Source: an uncultured delta proteobacterium
Lineage (GTDB): Bacteria > Myxococcota_A > Polyangia > Polyangiales > Polyangiaceae
Direction of reading: 5' to 3'
Assembly: GCA_963806225.1 (NCBI GenBank)
Contig: CAWDXG010000004.1
Location: 2,272,001 to 2,336,000 of the forward strand
Length of the DNA stretch: 64,000 bases
Shown: positions 18,074-26,843 of the stretch, one piece after another
Layout: each line of letters opens with the position of its first letter
Position numbering within the stretch: the first letter of the stretch is position 1
The notes under the pieces: generated by a model
Databases searched by the model: none
Told to the model about the DNA's origin: nothing
What the model saw: the letters and a program-made list of their open reading frames with translations, nothing else
Made by a program: the position numbers and the translations under genes

Positions 18074-19626
18074 CCTCCGGCACTCCCCTACTGCAGGACT
18101 TCCTCGGCGACTCGGCCCAACGCGCTCCCGACAAGGTCGCGCTGGTGTGCCAGGGACAGCGCCTCCGCTACTCCGAGCTGGAAGCCCATTCCAACGCCCT
18201 GGCGCACGCCCTGGTCAAGCGGGGCGTAGAGCGAGGCGACCGTGTGATCATCTTCGCGGACAACAGCGTCGAGGCGGCGATCTCGTTCTGGGCCGCGCTC
18301 AAGGCGAACGCCGTGGTCTCCGTGGTCAATCCGCAGACCAAAGCCGACAAGCTCGCGTACTACCTGAACGACTGCCGGGCGACGGCACTGATCGCCGGCG
18401 GGCATCTTGCGCGCGAGTTCAGCGCGGCGGCTCTGCAGTCGAAGTGGCTGAAGACTGTCGTCGTCGCGGGAGAGGCGGACCCAGCGCTGACGGCTGGTCT
18501 TGTCGGGCGGACCGACTTCGGCGAAGCGCTGGAGGGCGGCCCGCGCGACCGCCCTCCCCCCCACAGTTCGATCGATGTCGACCTCGCCGCCATCATCTAC
18601 ACAAGCGGCAGCACCGGCGACCCCAAAGGCGTGATGCTCACGCACCGGAACATGATCACCGCTTCCACGTCGGTCACCACGTACCTGGAAAACACTGACG
18701 ACGACGTGATCCTCGGCGTGCTGCCGTTGTCGTTCGACTACGGGCTGTACCAGATGATCATGGCCTTCCAGGTCGGGGCGCGTCTGGTCCTCGAACGCTC
18801 GTTCACCTTCCCGGCCCAGGTGCTGTCCGCGATGATCGAGGAGGGCGTGACGGGCTTTCCGGGTGTGCCCACCATCTTCGCCATCCTCGCGGAGCTGAAG
18901 ACCCTGGGCGAGCTCGACCTCTCCAGCGTCCGCTACGTGACCAACACCGCCGCAGCCTTGCCGGTCAAGCACATCACTATGCTGAAGGACCTGTTCCCGA
19001 CGGCGCGCATCTACTCCATGTACGGGCTGACCGAGTGCAAACGCTGCACCTATCTACCGCCTCGGGACCTCGACAAGAAGCCGACCAGCGTGGGGATCGC
19101 GATCCCCAACACCGAGCTCTGGGTGGTCGACGAGAACGACCAGCGCGTCGGACCAGGCCAGGTCGGACAACTCGTCATCCGGGGCGCCACCGTGATGCGC
19201 GGCTACTGGGAGAAGCCGGAAGCGACCGCGGAGAAGCTGAAGCCGGGGCCGCTACCGGGGGAAGTCGTGCTGTACACGGGCGACTACGTGAAGCTCGACG
19301 ACGACGGCTACCTGTACTTCGTCGGTCGGATGGACGACATGATCAAGTCGCGCGGCGAGAAGGTCGCGCCCAAGGAAGTCGAGACCGCGTTGATGAACAT
19401 CCCCGGCGTCAAGGAAGCCGCGGTCATCGGCGTTCCCGATCCGATCCTGGGCAGCGCGATCAAGGCGTTCGTCGCGCTCGAGCGGGGCGTCAGCATGACC
19501 ACCAAGGAGATCCAGCATCACTGCCAGAACCGACTGGAGGCCTTCATGGTGCCGAAGCACGTGGTGTTCGTTCCGAAGCTCCCCAAGACGACCACCGGGA
19601 AAATCAAGAAGACGGGGCTATCATGA
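18070..19626 (+). CDS. AMP-forming ligase (probable acyl/aminoacyl-carrier protein ligase)
   Basis: YTSGSTGDPKG, LPLSFDYG, MYGLTE, YTGD and PKTTTGK motifs; followed directly by an ACP. Confidence 0.9.
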   Translation: MTSGTPLLQDFLGDSAQRAPDKVALVCQGQRLRYSELEAHSNALAHALVKRGVERGDRVIIFADNSVEAAISFWAALKANAVVSVVNPQTKADKLAYYLNDCRATALIAGGHLAREFSAAALQSKWLKTVVVAGEADPALTAGLVGRTDFGEALEGGPRDRPPPHSSIDVDLAAIIYTSGSTGDPKGVMLTHRNMITASTSVTTYLENTDDDVILGVLPLSFDYGLYQMIMAFQVGARLVLERSFTFPAQVLSAMIEEGVTGFPGVPTIFAILAELKTLGELDLSSVRYVTNTAAALPVKHITMLKDLFPTARIYSMYGLTECKRCTYLPPRDLDKKPTSVGIAIPNTELWVVDENDQRVGPGQVGQLVIRGATVMRGYWEKPEATAEKLKPGPLPGEVVLYTGDYVKLDDDGYLYFVGRMDDMIKSRGEKVAPKEVETALMNIPGVKEAAVIGVPDPILGSAIKAFVALERGVSMTTKEIQHHCQNRLEAFMVPKHVVFVPKLPKTTTGKIKKTGLS

Positions 19627-19661
19627 ACGACATTCTCGAGACAACAACGCGAGGCAAGCTG

Positions 19662-19904
19662 ATGGACACCAACGAGCGGGTCCGTAGGTTCATCACCACG
19701 AACTTCTACGTCACCTCCCCCGAAGCGCTGGGCGACCAGGCTTCGCTGCTGGACGCTGGCGTAGTGGACTCCACCGGCGTGCTTGAAGTCATCGGTTTCC
19801 TCGAAACGGAGTTCGGGATCACGGTGGAAGACGTGGAGATCACGCCCGAGAATTTCGACTCGATCAGCCGCATTACGGCTTACGTGCGAAGCAAGAGCTC
19901 CTGA
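19662..19904 (+). CDS. Acyl carrier protein
   Basis: 80 aa, acidic; LLDAGVVDSTGVLEV phosphopantetheine site, EFGITV, PENFDS; alternative start at 19623. Confidence 0.9.
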   Translation: MDTNERVRRFITTNFYVTSPEALGDQASLLDAGVVDSTGVLEVIGFLETEFGITVEDVEITPENFDSISRITAYVRSKSS

Positions 19905-20277
19905 CCCGCGTCGCGGTGTCACACACCGCGGAGCGCGGAACAGAGAACGGAGCGCGGATGTCTCATGACGTGCAGCGACTGCGAGACACCCCCGGCAACA
20001 GCAGAGAACCGGTCACGCTTGTCCCCGAGCGCGTCGGCCTGCCACCGTCTCCAGCGCTTCACATCCTCGACGCCGGAAGGACGATTCGCTTCCGACGCAC
20101 TTCACGCGCGCGGAGCTTGCGCGCGAATCCACTGGTCCAGCCAGAGTTGCGCACCCGCTCGCGGTCGCGCCAACCACTCGACGATGCGCTCGAAACTTTT
20201 GCGTACCGCTTTCTAGCGCTGCGGTCGCGCCTTACGGTGGGATGTACAACAGAAAGAGCACTCGAACGGTTTCCAGC

Positions 20278-21690
20278 ATGACGGAAGGAACACACGACGC
20301 GAAGGTCCTGGTGGTCGATGACGACCAGGAGCGTGGGCAGGTGCTCGCACGCGAGTTCGCGGATGACGGCTACTCAGCCGAATTGGCGCAGTGGGCGGAG
20401 CTCGGCTCGCGAACACCGGCCCCGGACGTTGCGATCTGCGGGATGCGCACGTGGGCTTCGAATGGCCCCCGCCTGCTCGGAATTCTCGCGCGGGAACTCC
20501 CTGGGGTCCCAGCCATCGTGGTGACCCGGAACGGAGCGATCGACGACGCCGTGGACGCCATCAAACGCGGCGCGTTCCACTACTTGACCGAACCGTACGA
20601 TCCGGCGGAGTTGCATTCACTGGTCGCGAAGGCAGCGGGGCGGGCACCAGAAGGGGCACCGGCCGCGCACGCAAGCGAGCGTCCGCCAGCGGACACCGTC
20701 GAGGATCTCGTGAAGACCAGCGACGTCATGCGAAGGCTCGACGAAGCAATCTCTCTCGTTGCCCAGGCCAGCGCGCCGGTGCTCGTGCTCGGCGAGAGCG
20801 GAACGGGCAAGGAGCGAGTGGCGCGGGCCATCCACGCACGCGGACCCCGGCGCGGGCGTTCGTTCGTCGCGGTGAACACCTCGGCAATCCCCGAGCAACT
20901 GCTCGAGAGCGAAGTCTTCGGCCACGTGCGCGGAGCGTTCACAGGCGCCACCCAGACCAGAAAGGGGCTCCTGGCCGAAGCGGAAGGCGGCACCTTGCTC
21001 CTCGACGAGATCGGCGACATGCCGCTCGGGCTACAGGCGAAGTTGCTGCGGATGCTCCAGTTCGGCGAGGCCCGACCGGTCGGCAGCGATCGCACACGGC
21101 GGGCGGATGTGCGCGTGATCGCGGCCACGCATCGTAATCTCCTGAAGCTCTGCCGCGAAGGACGCTTCCGCGAGGATCTGCGCTACCGCCTGAACGTCAT
21201 ACCACTCGTGGTTCCGCCATTGCGCGAACGCAAGGAAGACATCGCCGTGCTCGCGGAACAGTTCCTTGCCTACGCGCAGGAACGAACACCGGGCTCACCG
21301 GTCCGGGCCATCAGTGACGAGGCGATGAGTATCTTCGAACACGCCTCGTGGTTCGGGAACGTGCGGGAGCTCGAAAGCACGATTGAGCGGCTGGTCGTGC
21401 TCGGCCGGGAACCCACCATCGAGGCACGCGACGTAGCCTATCTCCAGGCACCGCCGATGGTGGCAGCTGCGGCCTGGCCGACAGCACCGGGCGAGCTCTG
21501 GTCACTCAAGCGCGTCAACGCATCCTACGTGGCGTGGGTCCTGGCACGGACCGGGGGCAACAAGGCCCGCGCTGCCGAGATCCTGGGCGTGGATCTGTCC
21601 ACGCTATACCGGTGGCAGCATGCCTCCGGGCATCGCAGGAGCCGCAACGGGCACGCGACGGACACGCCGCCGGGAAGCAGCCCCGGCTGA
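20278..21690 (+). CDS. Sigma54-dependent enhancer-binding protein with atypical receiver domain
   Basis: GESGTGKE, GAFTGA, LLLDEI, FREDL, GNVRELE and a Fis-type HTH. Confidence 0.93.
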   Translation: MTEGTHDAKVLVVDDDQERGQVLAREFADDGYSAELAQWAELGSRTPAPDVAICGMRTWASNGPRLLGILARELPGVPAIVVTRNGAIDDAVDAIKRGAFHYLTEPYDPAELHSLVAKAAGRAPEGAPAAHASERPPADTVEDLVKTSDVMRRLDEAISLVAQASAPVLVLGESGTGKERVARAIHARGPRRGRSFVAVNTSAIPEQLLESEVFGHVRGAFTGATQTRKGLLAEAEGGTLLLDEIGDMPLGLQAKLLRMLQFGEARPVGSDRTRRADVRVIAATHRNLLKLCREGRFREDLRYRLNVIPLVVPPLRERKEDIAVLAEQFLAYAQERTPGSPVRAISDEAMSIFEHASWFGNVRELESTIERLVVLGREPTIEARDVAYLQAPPMVAAAAWPTAPGELWSLKRVNASYVAWVLARTGGNKARAAEILGVDLSTLYRWQHASGHRRSRNGHATDTPPGSSPG

Positions 21691-21860
21691 CGTCGGCGAC
21701 GGTCGGCCCACTTTCCCGCTCGCGGCAAGCGGAGGCGCTTCACATCCGCACCGCCGAGGTCCGTTCCGGAGCGGCGCGCGACGCATGAGCGAAATGCGAA
21801 CGCGATACGCACGATGCACGGTATCCGTGGCCCTTCGCGTCGCGAGACGGGCCGTCTCTT

Positions 21861-21877
21861 GCGGCACGCAACGTGCT
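21861..21877 (+). promoter_or_regulatory. Putative sigma54 promoter of the EPS export operon
   Basis: GCGGCACGCAACGTGCT (GG-N10-GC) just upstream of the priming transferase. Confidence 0.6.
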
Positions 21878-21890
21878 TGTATTTCCCAAC

Positions 21891-23309
21891 ATGAGCGGGG
21901 GGCAGACACAGAAGCTTGATCGCGCAGGGGATGCGCTTCTGCTCGTCGTGGCTTCAATAGTTGCGACCACCGTCGAAGGCGGCTTCCGGTGGAGGATCGC
22001 GCTGGCGTTGTTGGTCACCTCGGCGCTGTTGTGGCTGCTCGCCGCGCGGACGCTTCGGCAGTACGACACCGGCAACGGCCGGGGGTTCTACGGCGACATC
22101 GCTCTGACCGCGGTGATGCTCGCGGCCATCCTCGTGCCGATGGCGATGCTCGGTCTGCTACTGCCGGAATACGCCGGCGCCGCCTACGTTGGCCGCTTCC
22201 TGCTCGTGCTGGTGCCGGCCGTGCTCGTACTGCGTACGATCACGATTGGACTCCAGCTCTGGCAGGCTCGTCCGATCGCCGATGTGCTCGTTGCGGGCAT
22301 CGGCCCGCTGGGTCGCCTGACCGGCGCGCATATCGCCGGCGCCGAGCGGTCCCGGACGCTGGTCGGGTACTTGCGCTTCGAGGACGAGTCGATGGAGCAC
22401 CGGGGCGGTGCGTTGCTCGTCGACCTGCCCCCCCTGGACGGCGCCCCGCGCGTCGAGGCTCCGGTGCTCGGCACCATCGACGACCTCGAGCGCACGCTGC
22501 GCGAGCGCGTCGTGGACGAGGTGTACTTCGCGTCCTCAGCGCCCGGCCACCGCGAACAGATCCAGGCTGCCATCCAGACCTGCGAGAAGCTCGGCATCCC
22601 GTTTGCGCTTCCCGCCTGTACGTACCGCCTGACGCGCGCGTTCCCGAGCCACGGCGGCGGGGGGCTATCGGACGGCTACACGCACTTCCTCACCGTACGT
22701 TTCACGCCGTGGCAGTGGTGGCTGAAGCGACTGTTCGATGTCGCGGCCTCGTCCTTCGCGCTGCTCTGCTTGTCGCCGCTGCTCGCTTTCGTGGCCATCG
22801 GCATCAAGCTCGGGTCCCGCGGCCCCGTGTTGTTCAAGCAGGATCGCGTGGGGCTGCACGGCCGCGAATTCCACATGCTGAAGTTCCGCTCGATGGTGGT
22901 CAACGCCGAGGAGCTGAAGCAGATGCTCCTCGCGTCGAACGAGCAGAGCGGTCCGGTGTTCAAGATGCAGCGGGACCCGCGCGTGACACGCATCGGTCGC
23001 TTTATCCGCAAGTTCAGCATCGACGAGCTTCCGCAACTGGTCAACGTGCTCCGGGGCGACATGTCGATCGTCGGTCCCCGCCCGCCACTGCCGAGCGAAG
23101 TCGAGCTCTACGAGGCCTGGCAGCGGCGAAGGCTCTCCGTGCGACCCGGGCTCACGTGTGTGTGGCAGGTGAGTGGGCGCAACGAGATCTCCTTCCAGGA
23201 TTGGATGCTGCTGGACATGCGGTACATCGATCATTGGAGCCTTGCTCGCGATTTCAACCTGATCTGGAAGACCGTACCCGTCGTCCTGACGGGACGGGGC
23301 GCAAGCTAG
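21891..23309 (+). CDS. Priming polyprenyl-phosphate hexose-1-phosphate transferase (WcaJ/EpsZ-like)
   Basis: N-terminal TMs; KRLFD, KFRSM, DPRVT, DELPQL.NVL.GDMSIVGPRP and RPGLT motifs. Confidence 0.95.
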   Translation: MSGGQTQKLDRAGDALLLVVASIVATTVEGGFRWRIALALLVTSALLWLLAARTLRQYDTGNGRGFYGDIALTAVMLAAILVPMAMLGLLLPEYAGAAYVGRFLLVLVPAVLVLRTITIGLQLWQARPIADVLVAGIGPLGRLTGAHIAGAERSRTLVGYLRFEDESMEHRGGALLVDLPPLDGAPRVEAPVLGTIDDLERTLRERVVDEVYFASSAPGHREQIQAAIQTCEKLGIPFALPACTYRLTRAFPSHGGGGLSDGYTHFLTVRFTPWQWWLKRLFDVAASSFALLCLSPLLAFVAIGIKLGSRGPVLFKQDRVGLHGREFHMLKFRSMVVNAEELKQMLLASNEQSGPVFKMQRDPRVTRIGRFIRKFSIDELPQLVNVLRGDMSIVGPRPPLPSEVELYEAWQRRRLSVRPGLTCVWQVSGRNEISFQDWMLLDMRYIDHWSLARDFNLIWKTVPVVLTGRGAS

Positions 23310-23318
23310 AGGAAGGGC

Positions 23319-23720
23319 ATGAAGCGTTTCGCTATGGTGGTGGAGGACGACCCTGAGCTGCAGGAAGAAATGCTCGCGCATCTCAGGCGCCTGGATTTCG
23401 ATACCTGCGGCGCGCTGCACTACGATGAGGCCATCGAGCGGCTCGCGTCGTGCAGCCCGCACATCGTGTGCGTGGACATTGGACTGCCTACACGCTCCGG
23501 GTACGATCTATGTGAGTACATCCGCGGTCAGCTGGCGTTCGACCAGGTCCCCATCCTGGTGACAAGCGACTCGGGCCTCCCCGAAGACATGGCAAACGCC
23601 GAGGAAGCAGGCGCGAACGCTTTCTTGAAGAAGCCGTTCTCCATGCGTCAGCTGACCGACTACGTCGAGGCGCTGCTCGGACAGGTGGAAAAGCGCAAGC
23701 CACGACGACTGGAGCGTTGA
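23319..23720 (+). CDS. Single-domain response regulator
   Basis: VVEDD, VCVD (phospho-acceptor Asp), VTS and FLKKP motifs. Confidence 0.9.
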   Translation: MKRFAMVVEDDPELQEEMLAHLRRLDFDTCGALHYDEAIERLASCSPHIVCVDIGLPTRSGYDLCEYIRGQLAFDQVPILVTSDSGLPEDMANAEEAGANAFLKKPFSMRQLTDYVEALLGQVEKRKPRRLER

Positions 23721-23721
23721 G

Positions 23722-24312
23722 ATGGCCTATCGATTGCGTCTGGTGACTCTCGGCGTCGCACTGGCGGTTCTGGCTGGCTGCGGAAGCAGCGGCAGCTACC
23801 TCTGGGTCGACGACCTCCCGAAATCGTCGTCTGTGGAGGTCTACAGGATTGCGGTCGGCGACACGCTGAACGTGCGCGTCTACAACCAGGAAAACCTGTC
23901 GACCCACTCCAAGGTCCGGAGCGACGGCAGGATTGCGGTGCCACTGGTCGGTGATGTCGAGGTCCGCGCGAAGACGCCCGCCGTTGTCGCCAGGGAGATC
24001 GAGGGGCGACTCAAACAGTACGTGGTCTCGCCGGCGGTCACAGTGACGGTGGAGGAGAGCCAACCCACGACGGTCGCGGTCCTGGGCGAGGTCGCGCACC
24101 CAGGGGTCTACACGGTGGATCCGTCCTCCGGGGTCCTGCAGGCGCTCGCCGCCGCCGGCGGTTTCACCGACTTCGCGAGCCGGGAATCGATCTACGTGGT
24201 CCGGAAGCTTCCACCACAGCGCATCCGCTTTTCCTGGACCGCGTTGCTCGACGGCGACAAGCAGGCTGACGCCTTCCGGCTCCACAAGGGCGACGTAGTG
24301 GTCGTCGAGTGA
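23722..24312 (+). CDS. wza: Short polysaccharide export (OPX/Wza, EpsY-like) lipoprotein
   Basis: LAGC lipobox; GDTLNV, DGRIAVPLVG, LGEV..PG, ALAAAGG motifs; ends GDVVVVE with no C-terminal membrane helix. Confidence 0.92.
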   Translation: MAYRLRLVTLGVALAVLAGCGSSGSYLWVDDLPKSSSVEVYRIAVGDTLNVRVYNQENLSTHSKVRSDGRIAVPLVGDVEVRAKTPAVVAREIEGRLKQYVVSPAVTVTVEESQPTTVAVLGEVAHPGVYTVDPSSGVLQALAAAGGFTDFASRESIYVVRKLPPQRIRFSWTALLDGDKQADAFRLHKGDVVVVE

Positions 24313-24324
24313 CCGGGCCACGCG

Positions 24325-25479
24325 ATGTTCGCGGCTCTGCCCATCGCTCTCGGTCTCGCCGGGACGTTGACGCTCTCCGACCGGAGCGAGGTCCGCCTGC
24401 GCGTTCCGGGCACCGCTGACACACATGCATCCCTCGATCTGGAAACCACGCCGGAGGCCCGACTGATGCTCGCCTCCCACCGCATGCACTACGTCCTCGC
24501 CTACAAGCCCACCGGCACGCTCTGGGACGTCGGACAGAGCTCGGTCCGGGCCACGCTCATGAACGAGGGCACCGGGCGCGTGGAATGGTTGGCGCGCGAC
24601 GCGCAGCTTTCCCTGGAGGAAACTGCGCGCTACGGCAGCGTCGACTTCAGCTCGGCAGCGCTCACTCCCGGCCCCGCCGGGCAACCTCCGAGGCTCGATG
24701 TCATTCCGACTCCCCAGGTCATCCGCTTCGGGTCCTCGCGGACGACCCTGGCGTCCCGTGTCACCCTGACACGCTGGACGCTCGAACCCTCCGTCGGCTA
24801 CCAGCTCAGCGGCGGCGCCACGGAGCAGGCGCGCGCCCTGATGCCGTTCCAGAAGGGCGGGTTCGGGCAGGCCCGGGCCGAGTACACCGTCACCCGCCGC
24901 GACTTCGCGGCAACGACCTTCGCCGCTTCCGAGACCTCGTTCTCGTCGGGCCCCGAGGCGATACTCACCCAGCTCGACGAGCGCTGGCGGCATCTGCTCT
25001 CGAGGGTGACGACCAGCGAGTTGACCCTCGGCGGAAGCGTGGCGCGCGTGCGGTCGTCCAGCTTCTCCAGCTACCGATTCGAGACGCACCCTGTCGCCGA
25101 AGCAGCGCTCGACCACCGCCTCGCCATGGGGGCCGACCGTGTGGCGCTGCGCTTCTCCGTCGGACTCTCGCCGATCGTCGACCAACTCGTCGGCAACGTC
25201 GACGAGCGTCTGCAGGCAACAATGGCTGCCACCCACACGCACAAGCACGTGAGCACGCGCGCGCTGCTCAGCGCGTCGGAATCGATGCCGCCCAGCCGGA
25301 GCGATGCGACCCGTCTCTTCGCCGGTGAAGTCGGCACGACCTGGACGCCGCGGGGCGTCGTGGGTCTCGACGCAGGCGTGCGTGCCTTCTACCAGCGCGC
25401 CGAGGCCACGGGCCAAGACTTCCTCCAGGGGACCGTCTTCGTGGGCGTCACCTTCAGCTCAGACCCGGTGCGCTTGTGA
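24325..25479 (+). CDS. Outer-membrane beta-barrel partner of the short OPX (EpsX/Wzp-like)
   Basis: Alternating beta-strand pattern throughout, C-terminal TVFVGVTF, located right after the OPX gene. Confidence 0.65.
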   Translation: MFAALPIALGLAGTLTLSDRSEVRLRVPGTADTHASLDLETTPEARLMLASHRMHYVLAYKPTGTLWDVGQSSVRATLMNEGTGRVEWLARDAQLSLEETARYGSVDFSSAALTPGPAGQPPRLDVIPTPQVIRFGSSRTTLASRVTLTRWTLEPSVGYQLSGGATEQARALMPFQKGGFGQARAEYTVTRRDFAATTFAASETSFSSGPEAILTQLDERWRHLLSRVTTSELTLGGSVARVRSSSFSSYRFETHPVAEAALDHRLAMGADRVALRFSVGLSPIVDQLVGNVDERLQATMAATHTHKHVSTRALLSASESMPPSRSDATRLFAGEVGTTWTPRGVVGLDAGVRAFYQRAEATGQDFLQGTVFVGVTFSSDPVRL

Positions 25480-25506
25480 TCGCGCAGCGCTTTTCAGGAG
25501 GAACAG

Positions 25507-26052
25507 ATGACGATTGCCGATGATCGACCGCTTCTCGAATCGAACAATGACTTCTCGGTCCTCGCGCCACGACCCATCGCGGGACCGTGGGATCGGCCTG
25601 ATTGCCAACGCATCTGGCTCGGCACGCAGCTCAGGGAGTGGAGGACGCTGGCCATCGTGCCGGCTGACGAGGAGCTGTCGAGCTACGAGGTCGCAAGCCT
25701 GCTCATGGCGCTCGGGCTCCACTACGGCGAACCGATAGGCGTAGCGGACCTGCGCGACGTCGGGCTGAACCACGTCCGCACTTCCCTGGAACTCGTCGAT
25801 ATGCACGTCGACCGAGGCGAGCGCGTCGTGCTCGCCACTAGTGCCATCACGCAGAACCTCGCCACGATTGCCCTGGCCCGCGCCGCCGACGCCGCGGTGC
25901 TGTGCGTGTCGTTCGGCTCGACGTCGCTCGCTGTGGCCAGGGAAACCATCAACCAGATCGGCAAGGAACACTTCCTCGGTAGCGTGCTCTTGCATCAATC
26001 CGACAAGAAATCCCAGCACGGGAAGCGGTCGACACGGGAACAGGAACAATGA
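25507..26052 (+). CDS. BY-kinase-like (Wze) pseudokinase
   Basis: ARAADAAVLCV..G.T and FLGSVL resemble CpsD/Wzc kinase strands; no Walker A GxGK(T/S). Confidence 0.65.
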   Translation: MTIADDRPLLESNNDFSVLAPRPIAGPWDRPDCQRIWLGTQLREWRTLAIVPADEELSSYEVASLLMALGLHYGEPIGVADLRDVGLNHVRTSLELVDMHVDRGERVVLATSAITQNLATIALARAADAAVLCVSFGSTSLAVARETINQIGKEHFLGSVLLHQSDKKSQHGKRSTREQEQ

Positions 26053-26843
26053 ACGGACGGGCCCCTAGACTCTGGATCGGTCACATCCCGATCGATCGGC
26101 TCGCTTTCGCGGAGGCGCTGGAGTCCGTGAAGGGCCTGGTCGAAACACGGCGGGGCGGAACGGTCTTCACGCCGAACGTGGATCACATCGTAATGGCGGA
26201 GGATGACGAGGCCTTCCGCAAGGCCTACGCCAGGACGGACCTCTCGCTCGCTGACGGCATGCCCGTCGTGTGGGCCTCGCGACTTCTGGGGAGCCCGCTT
26301 CCGGCCAAGATCTCCGGTTCGGATCTGGTGCCGCCGCTGATGGACCTGGCGGATGGTAGCGGATGGCGCGTCTACCTGCTCGGCGGCGGAGAAGGCGTGG
26401 CGCATCGCGCCGCAGAGAACCTGGCGCGCACGCACGAGCACCTGCAGATCGTCGGGGCCGCGTCGCCGCGAATCGATCTGTCCACGCCGCGCTCCGCGAG
26501 GCAGTCCGTCGTGGAGGAAGTCCGGCGCACCTCGCCGGATCTGGTCCTCGTGGGGCTGGGCGCTCCCAAGCAGGAGATGTGGATCGACGAATCCATCGAC
26601 CAACTGCGCCCGGCGGTGCTGCTGGGCGTCGGCGCCTCGATCGATTTCCTGGCCGGAACAGCGCGGCGCGCACCGCGCTGGGTGTCTGCATGGGGGCTCG
26701 AGTGGCTGTACCGCCTCGCCCGGGAACCTTTCAGGCTGTGGCGCCGCTATCTGGTGCGCGATCCCAGGTTCGTCGGCATCGTGCTTCGCGAACGCGCCGC
26801 GCGACATTCGCTCGACCGGACCCATCAGGAACTCGGGCCGTGA
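26049..26843 (+). CDS. WecB/TagA/CpsF (GT26) glycosyltransferase
   Basis: TPNVDH, ADGMPVVW, GSDL, GLGAPKQE, GVGASID and GLEWLYRL motifs. Confidence 0.95.
   Translation: MNGRAPRLWIGHIPIDRLAFAEALESVKGLVETRRGGTVFTPNVDHIVMAEDDEAFRKAYARTDLSLADGMPVVWASRLLGSPLPAKISGSDLVPPLMDLADGSGWRVYLLGGGEGVAHRAAENLARTHEHLQIVGAASPRIDLSTPRSARQSVVEEVRRTSPDLVLVGLGAPKQEMWIDESIDQLRPAVLLGVGASIDFLAGTARRAPRWVSAWGLEWLYRLAREPFRLWRRYLVRDPRFVGIVLRERAARHSLDRTHQELGP

Noticed and set aside
14572..19904. Stand-alone NRPS/PKS or lasso-peptide cluster
   Set aside because: No condensation, ketosynthase or thioesterase domain; AsnB has a full glutaminase domain; no lasso precursor or B protein seen
19916..20281. Short ORFs between the ACP and the first activator
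   Set aside because: Atypical codon usage and no motifs; more likely regulatory DNA
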